The position numbers and the translations under genes are program-made. From an uncultured delta proteobacterium (GTDB lineage: Bacteria; Myxococcota; Myxococcia; Myxococcales; Myxococcaceae), in contig CAWCKH010000004.1 in assembly GCA_963796055.1 (NCBI GenBank), positions 1,120,001 to 1,184,000 of the forward strand: 64,000 nt of DNA, written 5' to 3'. The notes beneath the pieces are model-generated. The model was not told the DNA's origin. It worked only from the letters and a program-made list of their open reading frames with translations, and did no database searches. Below are positions 31,217 through 40,857 of this stretch, one piece after another (position 1 is the stretch's first letter; each line of letters begins with the position of its first letter).

Positions 31217-32515
31217 TCACTCCCGGACCGGGTGGACGACCAGCACGGGGCGGCGACAGCTCCGGACCACCCGCTCGGCAACGGAGCCGAGGGCAATGCG
31301 CTCGACGCCAGCGCGCCCGTGCGAGGCGAGACAGACCACGTCCGCATCGAGCCGCTCGGCAGCGGCGACAATCGCCTGGCTGGGGTCGCGCGCGCCGACG
31401 ACCTCGGTCCGGATCGGAACACCCGGCGGGTCTGGGGCGAGGCCGCGGAGGCGGGCGGCGATGGCGATCGCCTCCGAGGGCGCCGGCTCCTCCGCCTCCA
31501 CCACGTGGAGCAGATACACCTCGCCGCCGGCCACGCGCGCGAGTGCCAGACCGTGCGCCACAGCGACGACCGACGCAGGCGACAAATCCACCGCCACCAG
31601 CACCCGCCGCAGCTCGGGGATGTTCACCGGGATGGTCTCGACGTCACCGGGAACGAGGAGCACCGAGGTGCGCCCATGGTGCAGGACACCTTCCGACACC
31701 GAGGTGAGTCGCGCCAGGCCTCGGGCCCGGTGCGTGCCCACGACCACCAGATGGGCGGCGGAGCGCTCGGCGACGTCGAGCAGGTGGTCGGCCGTCCGCC
31801 CGAGCCCGAGCGTTGGATGGATCCCGACCGCGCCCTCCCCTCCCAGGGAGGACAGTCGCCGCTCGATGTCCCGCGCGACCAGGCGCTCCAGCTCCGGGTC
31901 CGGCGTGGTCCATGGTAACCGCGGGTGCAGCCCGTACCGGTCGTGCGTCCCGGGAGGCGAGTACACCTCGGCGGCAGTCACGTCGCAGCGTCCGGCAGCG
32001 CGCAGCCGGGAGGTCCAGGCCAGCGCCCCGATGAAGGCGGCGTCATCGGAGACCCCGAGGACGACCCGGAGCGGCCGTACTCGGCGGGCCCAGGCCTCGA
32101 ACGGCTCCGAGGCCCGGAGCACGAGCACCGGGCATTCCGCCTCCACCGCCACGCGTTCGGAGGTCGATCCCACGCGCCAGAGCGGACCGACGTGCCGCCC
32201 TGAGGAGACGACCAGGAGATTGGCGCGGTTCCGGGCGGCCTCCGCCGCGAGCTCGGAGGCCGGATGCCCCCGCAGCACGACCGCCCGCGCGCGACAACCG
32301 GGCCAGTCCCGGATCAGCTCGACGGCCAGCGCCTCGAGCCGCTCGCGAGCCCGGATCGCGAGGCGCGCATCGGCGTCCGGATCCAGGGCGGCGTCTGCCC
32401 CGTCGCGCACGTGGACCAGCACCAGCGGGAGGTCGAGGCGCACGGCGAGCGCCGCCGCTCCGGGGACCAGCGCGTTGGACACGTCGGAGAAATCGTGCCC
32501 GTACACTAGACGCAT
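31217..32515 (-). CDS. Multi-domain (three USP) universal stress protein
   Basis: Three USP-like units ending CPVLV, TSVLLVP and RPVLVV. Confidence 0.85.
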   Translation of the reverse strand: MRLVYGHDFSDVSNALVPGAAALAVRLDLPLVLVHVRDGADAALDPDADARLAIRARERLEALAVELIRDWPGCRARAVVLRGHPASELAAEAARNRANLLVVSSGRHVGPLWRVGSTSERVAVEAECPVLVLRASEPFEAWARRVRPLRVVLGVSDDAAFIGALAWTSRLRAAGRCDVTAAEVYSPPGTHDRYGLHPRLPWTTPDPELERLVARDIERRLSSLGGEGAVGIHPTLGLGRTADHLLDVAERSAAHLVVVGTHRARGLARLTSVSEGVLHHGRTSVLLVPGDVETIPVNIPELRRVLVAVDLSPASVVAVAHGLALARVAGGEVYLLHVVEAEEPAPSEAIAIAARLRGLAPDPPGVPIRTEVVGARDPSQAIVAAAERLDADVVCLASHGRAGVERIALGSVAERVVRSCRRPVLVVHPVRE

Positions 32516-32597
32516 GGCGCACCTCGATTGCAGTCCGTGTGCCGCGACCGATCGGTAACCCTCGCCCCGGAGCGTGCAAGGAAACGACCTGGCCAGT

Positions 32598-32669
32598 GCG
32601 CAAGGTCTGCGCGCCATGGCATGGCCCATGCGCTCTTTAACGCTTCCCGCGCTCGCAAGGTCTGCGCGC
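32598..32669. promoter_or_regulatory. Duplicated 16-mer CGCAAGGTCTGCGCGC containing GCGCA-N5-TGCGC palindrome
   Basis: Copies at 32599-32614 and 32654-32669 between divergent USP genes. Confidence 0.6.
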
Positions 32670-32749
32670 ACCGAACCTCGTGGGCCCAAAGGGCAACCCT
32701 TGCCCCGGCAGCACGCTGCGATACGGATGGATCGAAGAGGAGGTCCGTC

Positions 32750-33187
32750 ATGTACAGGCACGTGCTGATCCCGACCGACGGGTCGGACCTCTCGGCGAAG
32801 GCCGAGGCTGCGGGACTCACCCTGGCGAAGGCGCTCGACGCGAAGGTGACGGTGCTCACCGTGACCCCGCCGTTCCAGTTCATCGGCACCGAGCCGATGA
32901 TGTTGACGGCCACGGAGCCCGAGTACGAGAAGGCCCAGACCGCCCGGGCGGAGAAGATCTTCGAGCGGGTGCGGACCACCGCCACGGCGATCGGGGTCCC
33001 GGTGGAGACGCTCCGGTCGATCCAGGTCCACCCCTTCGAGGCGATCATCGCCGCCGCGAAGGAACGCGGCTGCGACCTGGTCTTCATGGCCTCGCACGGA
33101 CGACGCGGGATGGCCGGGCTGATCCTCGGCAGCGAGACCGTGAAGGTCCTCACCCACTCCAGGGTGCCGGTGCTCGTCTACCGCTGA
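32750..33187 (+). CDS. Universal stress protein
   Basis: MYRHVLIPTDGS...CDLVFMASHGRRG...LGSETVKVLTHSRVPVLVYR; GAGGAGG RBS. Confidence 0.92.
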   Translation: MYRHVLIPTDGSDLSAKAEAAGLTLAKALDAKVTVLTVTPPFQFIGTEPMMLTATEPEYEKAQTARAEKIFERVRTTATAIGVPVETLRSIQVHPFEAIIAAAKERGCDLVFMASHGRRGMAGLILGSETVKVLTHSRVPVLVYR

Positions 33188-33209
33188 GGCCCGGCCCGGG
33201 GGGCCGAGA

Positions 33210-34553
33210 CTACTGCCAGCGGGTCGCGGCGGCCGGACGGCGGTGCCCGTTCCTTCGGGGCGGGCCGCCGGAGAAGACCGCGCCGCGCGCCTGACCGTGG
33301 GTCCGGGCGTGGCGGCCGGGAACCTGCCCTGTCGGCCGTGAAGACATGCCGTGCCCGGGCTGGCGTGGCCCCGGGTCCCGCTGCCGTTCGGCGCTCGCCT
33401 CGACCGCGGCGCGGAAGGCCGGCGTGCCCCGCGGCACCTGGCCCTCGGGGACCGTCGCCCGGGTGAGCCGCTCGATCGCCTGGAGCAGCGGGGCGTCCTC
33501 CGGCGCGACGAAGCTCGAGGCCCGTCCGGTCGCCGCCGCCCGCGCGGTGCGGCCGATGCGGTGCACGTAGTCCTCGGGCACGTGTGGAAGGTCGTAGTTC
33601 ACGACATGACCGATGTCGGCGACGTCGATGCCCCGGGCCGCGATGTCGGTGGCCACCAGGACCCGTACCCGGCCGTGGCGGAAGCTCTCCAGGGCGCGCT
33701 GGCGCTGGGCCTGCGACCGGTCGGAGTGCAGCCGGTCGACGGCGTGCCCGGTGCGCTCGAGAGAGCGGGCCACCTTGTCCGCCCGGCGGCGGGTCCGGAC
33801 GAAGACCAGGGTGCTGTCCTCGGACTCGCCGAGGAGCGATTCCAGAAGGGCAGTCTTCTCCGTCTGGCCGATGCGGTAGGCGAGCTGGGTCGCCCGGGCG
33901 GCGGTCGTCCCTGAACGGGCCACCTCGACCCGGACCGGCGACTGCAGATGCTTGCGCGCGAACTCGGCGACCTCACCGGCCATGGTCGCGGAGAAGAGCA
34001 ACGTCTGCCGCTTCGCCGGTACCCGGGCGAGGATCCGTCGGAGCTGGGGGGCGAACCCCATGTCCAGCATGCGGTCGGCCTCGTCGAGGACGAGGATCTC
34101 CACGTCGTCGAGCCGCGCCGTACCGCTCTGGAGGTGATCCACCAGGCGACCCGGGGTGGCGATGAGGATGGAGCGCCGCTCGCGGAGTTGCTGGCGCTGG
34201 CCCTCGGGCGAGACGCCCCCGATGACCACCGCCGCGCGGGCACGGAGCTCACCCCCGAGCACCTCGACCGAGCGGGCGATCTGCACCGCCAGCTCGCGGG
34301 TCGGGGCCAGCACCAGGGCGCGAGTCCCCGTCTTTCCCGCCAGCCGCTCGAGCACCGGAAGGAGGTAGGCCGCGGTCTTGCCAGTGCCGGTGGCGGCGCA
34401 GCCGATGACGTTGGACCCGGCGAGTGCCGGCGGGATGGCGCGCGCCTGGATGGGCGTGGGGGTGGAGAACCCGGCCGCGCTCACCGCGCGCAGGGACGCG
34501 GGCGAGAGGCCGAGGGTGGAGAAATCGGGAGCAGAGACTTGCTCTGTGGACAC
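33210..34553 (-). CDS. DEAD-box RNA helicase (RhlE-like)
   Basis: PTPIQ, TGTGKT, PTRELA, TPGR, DEAD, SAT, ARGID, HRIGR. Confidence 0.95.
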   Translation of the reverse strand: MSTEQVSAPDFSTLGLSPASLRAVSAAGFSTPTPIQARAIPPALAGSNVIGCAATGTGKTAAYLLPVLERLAGKTGTRALVLAPTRELAVQIARSVEVLGGELRARAAVVIGGVSPEGQRQQLRERRSILIATPGRLVDHLQSGTARLDDVEILVLDEADRMLDMGFAPQLRRILARVPAKRQTLLFSATMAGEVAEFARKHLQSPVRVEVARSGTTAARATQLAYRIGQTEKTALLESLLGESEDSTLVFVRTRRRADKVARSLERTGHAVDRLHSDRSQAQRQRALESFRHGRVRVLVATDIAARGIDVADIGHVVNYDLPHVPEDYVHRIGRTARAAATGRASSFVAPEDAPLLQAIERLTRATVPEGQVPRGTPAFRAAVEASAERQRDPGPRQPGHGMSSRPTGQVPGRHARTHGQARGAVFSGGPPRRNGHRRPAAATRWQ

Positions 34554-34743
34554 GTCTGAGAACTACCTTCTGTCGAGCAGGACGGACCGGCCGGACGGGA
34601 AACACACGCACCAGCACGGCGCGGGAGCTCGCAAGCAGCAGCAGGCTCTCGCGATGCGTCAAGCCTTAACAGCCCGGTCACCGAAAAGCGAATCTTCAGC
34701 GACGGCGAGCGCTTCGCCCCTGTGCCTACACCCTGGAGGAACC

Positions 34744-35046
34744 GTGCCCGACCTGGAAATCCGCCCGCTGCTCGCGGTGGGAGTCCTGCTTTCCACGGCG
34801 CTCACCGACGCGGTCTACGTGCTCTTCACCTCGGCGGTTGCCGCCCGGCGACGTCTGGCGGCGGCGACCTGGAGCAGCTGCTGGTACCTGCTCTCGGCGT
34901 TCGCGGTGATCAGCTACACCCGCTCGTGGATCTACGTCGCCTTCGCCGCCGCGGGCTCGTGGCTCGGGGCCTACGCCTCCCTGACCTGGCTGAAGGCCCG
35001 GGACGTGCCCGGCCCGACGACCGCGCCCCCGCCCCGATCTCCCTGA
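34744..35046 (+). CDS. Small hypothetical membrane protein
   Basis: GGAGGA plus GTG; about three hydrophobic segments. Confidence 0.65.
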   Translation: MPDLEIRPLLAVGVLLSTALTDAVYVLFTSAVAARRRLAAATWSSCWYLLSAFAVISYTRSWIYVAFAAAGSWLGAYASLTWLKARDVPGPTTAPPPRSP

Positions 35047-35110
35047 CCGGGATCTCGCAATGGAAGGCCTGGCCCCAGCGTCTGACTCGCATCTCGCAGG
35101 GGGCGCACCC

Positions 35111-35709
35111 ATGACGCGCACGACCAACGCCAGGCTCGCGGGTCTCGCCTTCCTCCTCTACATCGCCGTGGGCATCACCCAGATGGTGCTCTCCGGCCCG
35201 ACAGCCAGCGCGGAAGGAACGGCGGCGAGGCTCGGGCTCTTTGCCCGGCACGCAGCCCATGTCCGGGTGAACGTCGTGCTCTCGCTGGTCGTCTGCGTGA
35301 CGGCCCTGGTGCTGGCAGCGGCGCTCTACGGGCTGACCCGCGACGAGGACCGGGACGTCGCGGTGCTGGCGCTCTCCTTCCGCGTCGGTGAGGCCCTCCT
35401 CGCCGCGCTCGCGCCCCTGCCCACGCTCGGATTGCTCTGGCTGGCATCTCCGCGACGCTCTTCGCCGTGGGGAGCACGCTCTTCTCCTGGCTCTTCCTGC
35501 GCGGTCGCTTGATTCCCGTCCCGCTGGCCTGGCTCGGCGTCCTCGCCTCGGTCCTCCTGGCGGTCGGCCTGCCCCTGCAGCTGGTGGACGTCCTCGGCGG
35601 CACCGTCGTTCAGCTGATGTGGATCCCGATGGCTGCGTTCGAGATTCCGCTCGCCTTCTGGCTTCTGATCAAGGGCGTCGCCGCGTCGGCGCGGCAGCAG
35701 ACGGCTTGA
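35111..35709 (+). pseudogene. DUF4386-like membrane protein with internal deletion/frameshift
   Basis: MTRTTNARLAGLAFLLYI...GLLWLA changes frame near 35445 to ISATLFAVGSTLFSWLFLRGRLIP...FEIPLAFWLLIKGV*. Confidence 0.65.
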
Positions 35710-35716
35710 CGCGGCC

Positions 35717-36301
35717 TCACCGGCGTCGGAGATCCGGGCCCCCGCCTCGACGTCTTCGCCCTGGCCGCCCGGCGACCCGGAAGTCGTCCACCGTGATCGC
35801 CCACCGCTCATGGTCGCGCCAGCGTCCTCCGATCTTGAGGTAACCGGGAGAGAAACCCTCCTTGCGGAACCCGGCACGACGCACGAGCGAACGCGACGCC
35901 CTGTTGCCGGGCTGCACGTTCGCCTCCACACGGTGGAGCCTCAGCATGCGGAAGGCATACCGGAGCAGGAGCTCCATTCCCTCGCTCATGTACCCCTGAC
36001 CGGCGAACGGCGCGCCGACCCAGTAGCCCAGGTACGCGCTCCGGAAGTTTCCAAGGAAGATCTGCGAGAGGTTGAAGGCGCCGAGGATGGCCGCGTCTCG
36101 ACGCCGGACGAGGAGGAACGCCCGGACCGGCCCTTCCCGGCTCCGGCGCAGGTAGCCCCGGAACGCAGCGGGAGTGTCCGGCGGATACGCCCAGGGCCGG
36201 TGGAACGCGCGACTCGCGTTCACCGCGGCGAGGAACTTCGCCTCGTCAGCGGGCCGAGGCGGGCGGAGCAGCACGCGTTGACCGGTTCGAGAGCTGGACA
36301 C
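35717..36301 (-). CDS. RimJ/RimL-type GNAT acetyltransferase
   Basis: SAYLGYW, GQGYMSE, LHRVEANVQPGN, GFRKEG, WRDHERW. Confidence 0.9.
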   Translation of the reverse strand: MSSSRTGQRVLLRPPRPADEAKFLAAVNASRAFHRPWAYPPDTPAAFRGYLRRSREGPVRAFLLVRRRDAAILGAFNLSQIFLGNFRSAYLGYWVGAPFAGQGYMSEGMELLLRYAFRMLRLHRVEANVQPGNRASRSLVRRAGFRKEGFSPGYLKIGGRWRDHERWAITVDDFRVAGRPGRRRRGGGPDLRRR

Positions 36302-36689
36302 GGACTGGCTGGAATTCGACCTTCGCGCTCGAGAGGTCGTACATCGCTCCTGCGATCTTGACCGCCTTCGAGGTGACGAGCTCCCGGATGACCGGGCTGG
36401 TTTCCTGAAATCGCGCCATCGTCAACTCGACGTTCTTCCGGGCGACCGCGTCGACGAACTTGGAATCCTTGCTGGTGCGAGCGCCGGCGCAGGACGTGGG
36501 CTCTCCTCGGGCGAAGCGGGCGTTGCCCTTGCGCATGATCTCCAGGATCTCGTCCGGAGAGAGCCTCGCTCGCTGCTCGGCCGTGAGCGCATCGGCGAAG
36601 GCGGGAAACGAAAGACCCAGCGTGCAGGCAGCGGCGGCAGTCGACGCTCCGAGCAGCGCCCGGCGAGAGACTCGGAACCCGCGCTGCAC
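36246..36689 (-). pseudogene. Tat-exported beta-carbonic anhydrase lacking catalytic core
   Basis: SRRALL Tat signal, GNARF, then directly RTSKDSKFVDAVARKNV...GAMYDLSSAKVEF; CxDSR and HxxC absent. Confidence 0.7.
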
Positions 36690-36805
36690 GTCACCTTCCG
36701 GGGAACCTTCATCGGGCGACCCTCCTCTTGAGGCCGCGTGAGCTCCGGCGGGAGGAATCTACTCCGGCGGTCGAGGGGGAGCGACGTCGACCAGCTCGAC
36801 GCCTT

Positions 36806-37114
36806 TCATCTCCAGCCCCGTGGAAGACGTGATCCGAGCGACGCTGTCGCCTGCAGGTCCTCCTTCCGGAGGTCCGCATGCTCCGAGGACACGGCAAGAT
36901 CGGGCAGCTGGATCCGCAGCACTCCGTCGTGGAGCTCGGCGCGGCGTTCCGGTCCCCGGACGAGGAGGACCCGGATGACGTCGTGGAGGAGGTACCGGGC
37001 CGGTCCTGCGAGAGGCCTCTCGGACTCGATCTGGAGAAAGAGACAGGGCGCGGTCTGTGCGGGCCGCCGTCGCGCCCTTTCCCCGAGCGACCGCGTCTCG
37101 TCCCTCCCCGGCAT
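36806..37114 (-). pseudogene. Truncated FHA-like N-terminus of a signalling protein
   Basis: LFLQIESERPLAGPARYLL...RG...LPDLAVSSEHA resembles GR...SxxH FHA motifs, then breaks off. Confidence 0.4.
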
Positions 37115-37143
37115 TTCGTGACGATAGCGCCATCCGCGCGAGC

Positions 37144-37280
37144 CTCACACAGGCATCCGTGTCATGGGACCGGTTCCCGCACCGAGCGTCGAGCACTCAG
37201 GGCCGCAACTGACGGGCTCCGCGGGCCAGCTTCCCTGGCACGCCGAATGCTCCCTGTCTCGCAGGCTCGAATTCATCTCG
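37144..37280 (+). repeat. Copy 1 of about 137-bp direct repeat containing sigma-54 promoter (37236-37251)
   Basis: Aligns with 39102-39237; TGGCACGCCGAATGCT = GG-N10-GC. Confidence 0.85.
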
Positions 37281-37427
37281 CTTCGCCCTACCGCCGCCCG
37301 CCCTCGCCTCTCGTCGGGGTCATCTGTCATCTGGCCCACGATGCTCGAGGGCTCCTGACCGGGTTCACGCGGCCGGCCGGCCGTTGAGCGCTAGCTTCGG
37401 ATTCGGAACAACCGGGCGGATCTCTGG

Positions 37428-39029
37428 ATGGAAGCCGAACGCCTGCTCGCGCTCGCCGTCGCGGTCGCTGCGGAACGCAGCCTTCCGCGCGTGTTGCAGA
37501 TCATCGTCCAAGGCCTGGCCACTCACCCCGGTGTCGCCCTGGCGCGGATCTGGCTGCTCCTGCCCGGCGACATCTGCGGTTCCTGCTTCATGCGCGCCGA
37601 ATGCGCCGACCGAACGCAGTGCTTCCATCTGGTTGCGAGCGCCGGAACGCCGCTGAGCTCTCCCGGCGAAGACTGGTCGTTCCTCCGGGGACACTTTCGC
37701 CGCATGCCGGTGAATGCGAGGAAGATCGGGCAAGTGGGTGGCTCGGGAACCGCCATGCTGATCAAGGACGTCGTGTCGGAAGGCGAGCGGATCGCGCGAC
37801 CTGAATGGGTGGCTCGGGAGGGGATACGCAGCTTCGCGGGGCACCCCTTGATCTTTCGCGACAACGTGCTTGGCGTGCTCGGGACATTCACCCGGAACCC
37901 GATCGATGACGCGGCATTCGTCTGGCTCGGAATGTTCGCGAACCAGGCCGCCGTGGCGATCGCGAACGCGCGCGCTTTCGAGGAGGTGGATCGGCTGCGG
38001 AAGCAACTGGAGCTCGAAAATGCCTACCTCCACGAGCAGGTCAAGGAAGGGCTGGCGTTCGGGAAGATCGTCGGCCAGAGCCCGGCGCTTCAGGAGGTGC
38101 TCCAGCAGGTCGAGATGGTGGCGCGTACCGACGCCGCAGTGTTGATCAGCGGGGAGTCGGGGACCGGCAAGGAGCTCATCGCCCGGGCGATCCATGACCG
38201 CAGTCCCCGGCGCAACCACGCACTGGTGACGGTCAACTGCGCCTCCGTGCCGCGCGAGCTGTTCGAGAGCGAGTTCTTCGGGCACGTCAGGGGGGCCTTC
38301 ACCGGGGCGCTCCGTGACCGGACCGGTCGTTTCCAGCTCGCCAACAAGGGGACCATCTTCCTCGACGAGGTGAGCGAGATTCCCCTGGAGCTCCAGGGCA
38401 AGCTGCTGCGGGTACTTCAGGAACGGCAGGTCGAACGGGTCGGCGAGGATCAGCTGCGGAAGGTCGACGCGCGCGTGATCGCTGCGACCAATCGCGATCT
38501 CCAGGACGAGGTGGAGGCCGGCCGATTCCGACGTGATCTCTACTATCGGCTGTGCGTTTTCCCGATCCACCTACCTCCGCTGCGGGAGCGACGGGAGGAC
38601 ATCGAGTCGCTGGCGGCTCACTTTCTGGAGCTCGCGGCGCGACGGTTGAGCTCCCCGGAGGTACGGCTGACCGACCATGCCCTCGAGTTGCTGACGGCCT
38701 ATGACTGGCCCGGGAACGTTCGGGAGCTGCACAACGTGATCGAACGCGCGGTCATCCTCTCCCAGCGCGGTCCCCTCCGCATCGACCTGGTCCTCCGGGG
38801 CAGCCCAGCGGGCTCACGCGGAGGAACGACGCTCCGTCTCCCCAACCTCGCCGAGGCCAGGAGCGGCGTCCTGTCGGAGGCGGAGATGTCCCGCCGGGAG
38901 CGGGACAACATCATCGCCGCGCTGGAGCGGACCGGCTGGAAGATCTCCGGTGCGGCGAGGATGCTCGGCGTGAAGCCGACGACGCTCGCCTCACGGCTCA
39001 AGCGGCTCGGTATCGAGCGCCGACCGTAG
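37428..39029 (+). CDS. Sigma-54 enhancer-binding protein, GAF-AAA+-HTH (FhlA-like)
   Basis: GESGTGKE, ESEFFGHVRGAFTGA, IFLDE, FRRDLYYRL, WPGNVREL, C-terminal HTH. Confidence 0.95.
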   Translation: MEAERLLALAVAVAAERSLPRVLQIIVQGLATHPGVALARIWLLLPGDICGSCFMRAECADRTQCFHLVASAGTPLSSPGEDWSFLRGHFRRMPVNARKIGQVGGSGTAMLIKDVVSEGERIARPEWVAREGIRSFAGHPLIFRDNVLGVLGTFTRNPIDDAAFVWLGMFANQAAVAIANARAFEEVDRLRKQLELENAYLHEQVKEGLAFGKIVGQSPALQEVLQQVEMVARTDAAVLISGESGTGKELIARAIHDRSPRRNHALVTVNCASVPRELFESEFFGHVRGAFTGALRDRTGRFQLANKGTIFLDEVSEIPLELQGKLLRVLQERQVERVGEDQLRKVDARVIAATNRDLQDEVEAGRFRRDLYYRLCVFPIHLPPLRERREDIESLAAHFLELAARRLSSPEVRLTDHALELLTAYDWPGNVRELHNVIERAVILSQRGPLRIDLVLRGSPAGSRGGTTLRLPNLAEARSGVLSEAEMSRRERDNIIAALERTGWKISGAARMLGVKPTTLASRLKRLGIERRP

Positions 39030-39046
39030 GACTTCGCTCCGAGCAC

Positions 39047-39083
39047 CGACGAAAGTTCGTCGACCCCCGACGATGCGTCGTCG
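39047..39083. promoter_or_regulatory. Tandem palindromic upstream activator sites CGACGA-N4-TCGTCG
   Basis: 39047-39062 and 39068-39083, 21-bp period, 110-145 bp upstream of the -24 box. Confidence 0.75.
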
Positions 39084-39101
39084 CTGGCCGCGCGCGCAGC
39101 G

Positions 39102-39237
39102 CTCACACAGGCATCTGTGTCATGGCTCCGGTCCCCGCACCGAGCGTCGAGCACTCAGGGCGGGAATGACGGGCTCAGCGGACCAACTTCCCTGGCACGC
39201 CGAATGCTCTCCGCGTCGCAGGCTCGAACTCGTCTCG
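39102..39237 (+). repeat. Copy 2 of direct repeat containing sigma-54 promoter (39193-39208)
   Basis: TGGCACGCCGAATGCT, then GGGGAG RBS and ATG 39249. Confidence 0.85.
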
Positions 39238-39248
39238 GGGAGCACGCA

Positions 39249-40031
39249 ATGAAGATCGTCGTCATCGGAGGCAGTGGCCTCATCGGGACGAAGCTCGTGA
39301 ATCGACTTCGTCGCTGCGGTCATGAGGTCGTGGCAGCGTCCCTCATCTCGGGAGTGAACATCATCACCGGGGAGGGACTGAGTCGGGCCCTCGCGGGCGC
39401 TCAGGTGCTGGTCGACGTGGCGAACTCGCCCTCGTTCGAGGCCCGGGCAGCCCTGGAGTTCTTCGAGACGGCGGGGCGCAATCTTCTGGCTGCGGAGAAG
39501 TCTGCTGGGGTCCAGCACCATCTCGCGTTGTCAATCGTCGGTACGGACCGCATGGCCGACAATGGGTATTTCCGCGCCAAGCTCGCCCAGGAGAGCCTCA
39601 TCAAGGCGTCCGGAATTCCGTACACGATCCTCCGCTCCACCCAGTTCTTCGAGTTCATCAGCGCGATCATCGACTCGGCCACGGTCGGGGATGTGGTGCG
39701 CCTGTCACCGGCCCTCTTCCAGCCCGTAGCGGCGGACGAAGTCGTTGCCGTTCTGGCGGATCTCGCGCTGGAACCTCCCCTCAACTCGACCCTCGAAGTG
39801 GCGGGGCCCGAGGCGCGTCCGCTGGAAGAGATCGCCCGGCAGTTCCTCGGTGCCACCAGGGACGAGCGCCGGGTGATCGCCGATGCCCGGGCGACCTACT
39901 TCGGGGCCGTGCTCGACGACCGCTCGCTGACACCGAGCGCTGGCGCCCGCCTCGGGGCGATCCACCTCGAGGATTGGCTCAGCCAGTCCCGCCTCACAAA
40001 CAGCAGCAGAACAAAGGAGCAGAACCGATGA
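39249..40031 (+). CDS. NmrA-like/atypical SDR oxidoreductase
   Basis: [34 protein letters not shown]. Confidence 0.88.
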   Translation: MKIVVIGGSGLIGTKLVNRLRRCGHEVVAASLISGVNIITGEGLSRALAGAQVLVDVANSPSFEARAALEFFETAGRNLLAAEKSAGVQHHLALSIVGTDRMADNGYFRAKLAQESLIKASGIPYTILRSTQFFEFISAIIDSATVGDVVRLSPALFQPVAADEVVAVLADLALEPPLNSTLEVAGPEARPLEEIARQFLGATRDERRVIADARATYFGAVLDDRSLTPSAGARLGAIHLEDWLSQSRLTNSSRTKEQNR

Positions 40032-40849
40032 GCACGATCAAGGCGAAGGACGGTACCACCATTTATTACAAGGATTGGGGCAAGGGCCCGGTCGTCACAT
40101 TCTCGCACGGCTGGCCGCTCAACTCCGACATGTGGGACGGGCAAATGCTGTTCCTCGCCCAGAACGGCTATCGGGTCGTTGCCCATGACCGGCGTGGCCA
40201 CGGGCGCTCCGCACAGGCCTCGAGCGGCAACGACATGAACGGGTATGCCGACGATCTGGCGGCACTGATCACGGCGCTCGAGCTCGACCACGTGACACTG
40301 GTCGGACACTCCACCGGTGGTGGCGAGGTCGCCCGCTACATCGGACGTCATGGAACGGCGCGGGTCGCCAAGGCCGTCCTGATCGCTGCGGTGCCGCCGC
40401 TCCTGTTGAGGACGGAGACGAATCCCGAAGGCCTCCCGATGGAAGTGTTCGACGGTATCCGGGCAGGCCTCCTCAAGGACCGTGCGCAGTTCTATCGGGA
40501 CTTTGCCCCGGTGTTCTACGGCGCCAACCGACCCGGCGCGGTGGTCTCGCAAGGCGTCCTCGATCAGTTCTGGCTCTGGAGCATGCAGGCCGGCCTCAAG
40601 AACGCCTACGACTCCGTCAAGGCCTTCTCCGAGACGGACTTCACCACTGACCTCGCGAAGTTCGACGTCCCGACACTCCTGCTTCACGGCGAGGACGACC
40701 AGATCGTCCCGGTGAAGGATTCGTCCATGAAGTCGGCCCGCCTCATCAAGGGCGCGAAGGACATCTACTACCCCGGTGCCCCGCACGGACTCACCGCCAC
40801 GCATCAGGGACAGGTCAACGAAGAGCTGCTGGCCTTCCTTCGGAAGTGA
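40028..40849 (+). CDS. cpo: Non-heme chloroperoxidase/perhydrolase-type alpha/beta hydrolase
   Basis: [43 protein letters not shown]. Confidence 0.88.
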   Translation: MSTIKAKDGTTIYYKDWGKGPVVTFSHGWPLNSDMWDGQMLFLAQNGYRVVAHDRRGHGRSAQASSGNDMNGYADDLAALITALELDHVTLVGHSTGGGEVARYIGRHGTARVAKAVLIAAVPPLLLRTETNPEGLPMEVFDGIRAGLLKDRAQFYRDFAPVFYGANRPGAVVSQGVLDQFWLWSMQAGLKNAYDSVKAFSETDFTTDLAKFDVPTLLLHGEDDQIVPVKDSSMKSARLIKGAKDIYYPGAPHGLTATHQGQVNEELLAFLRK

Positions 40850-40857
40850 ACCGAGCC

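Noticed and set aside
28300..31707. 1135-aa plus-strand ORF (and similar long ORFs at 18482, 42701, 57533)
   Set aside because: Antisense shadows of well-supported genes.
32529..32631. Several GG-N10-GC sigma-54 candidates between USP genes (32529-44 and 32575-90 minus; 32617-31 plus)
   Set aside because: Weak matches that are common in GC-rich DNA; cannot choose among them.
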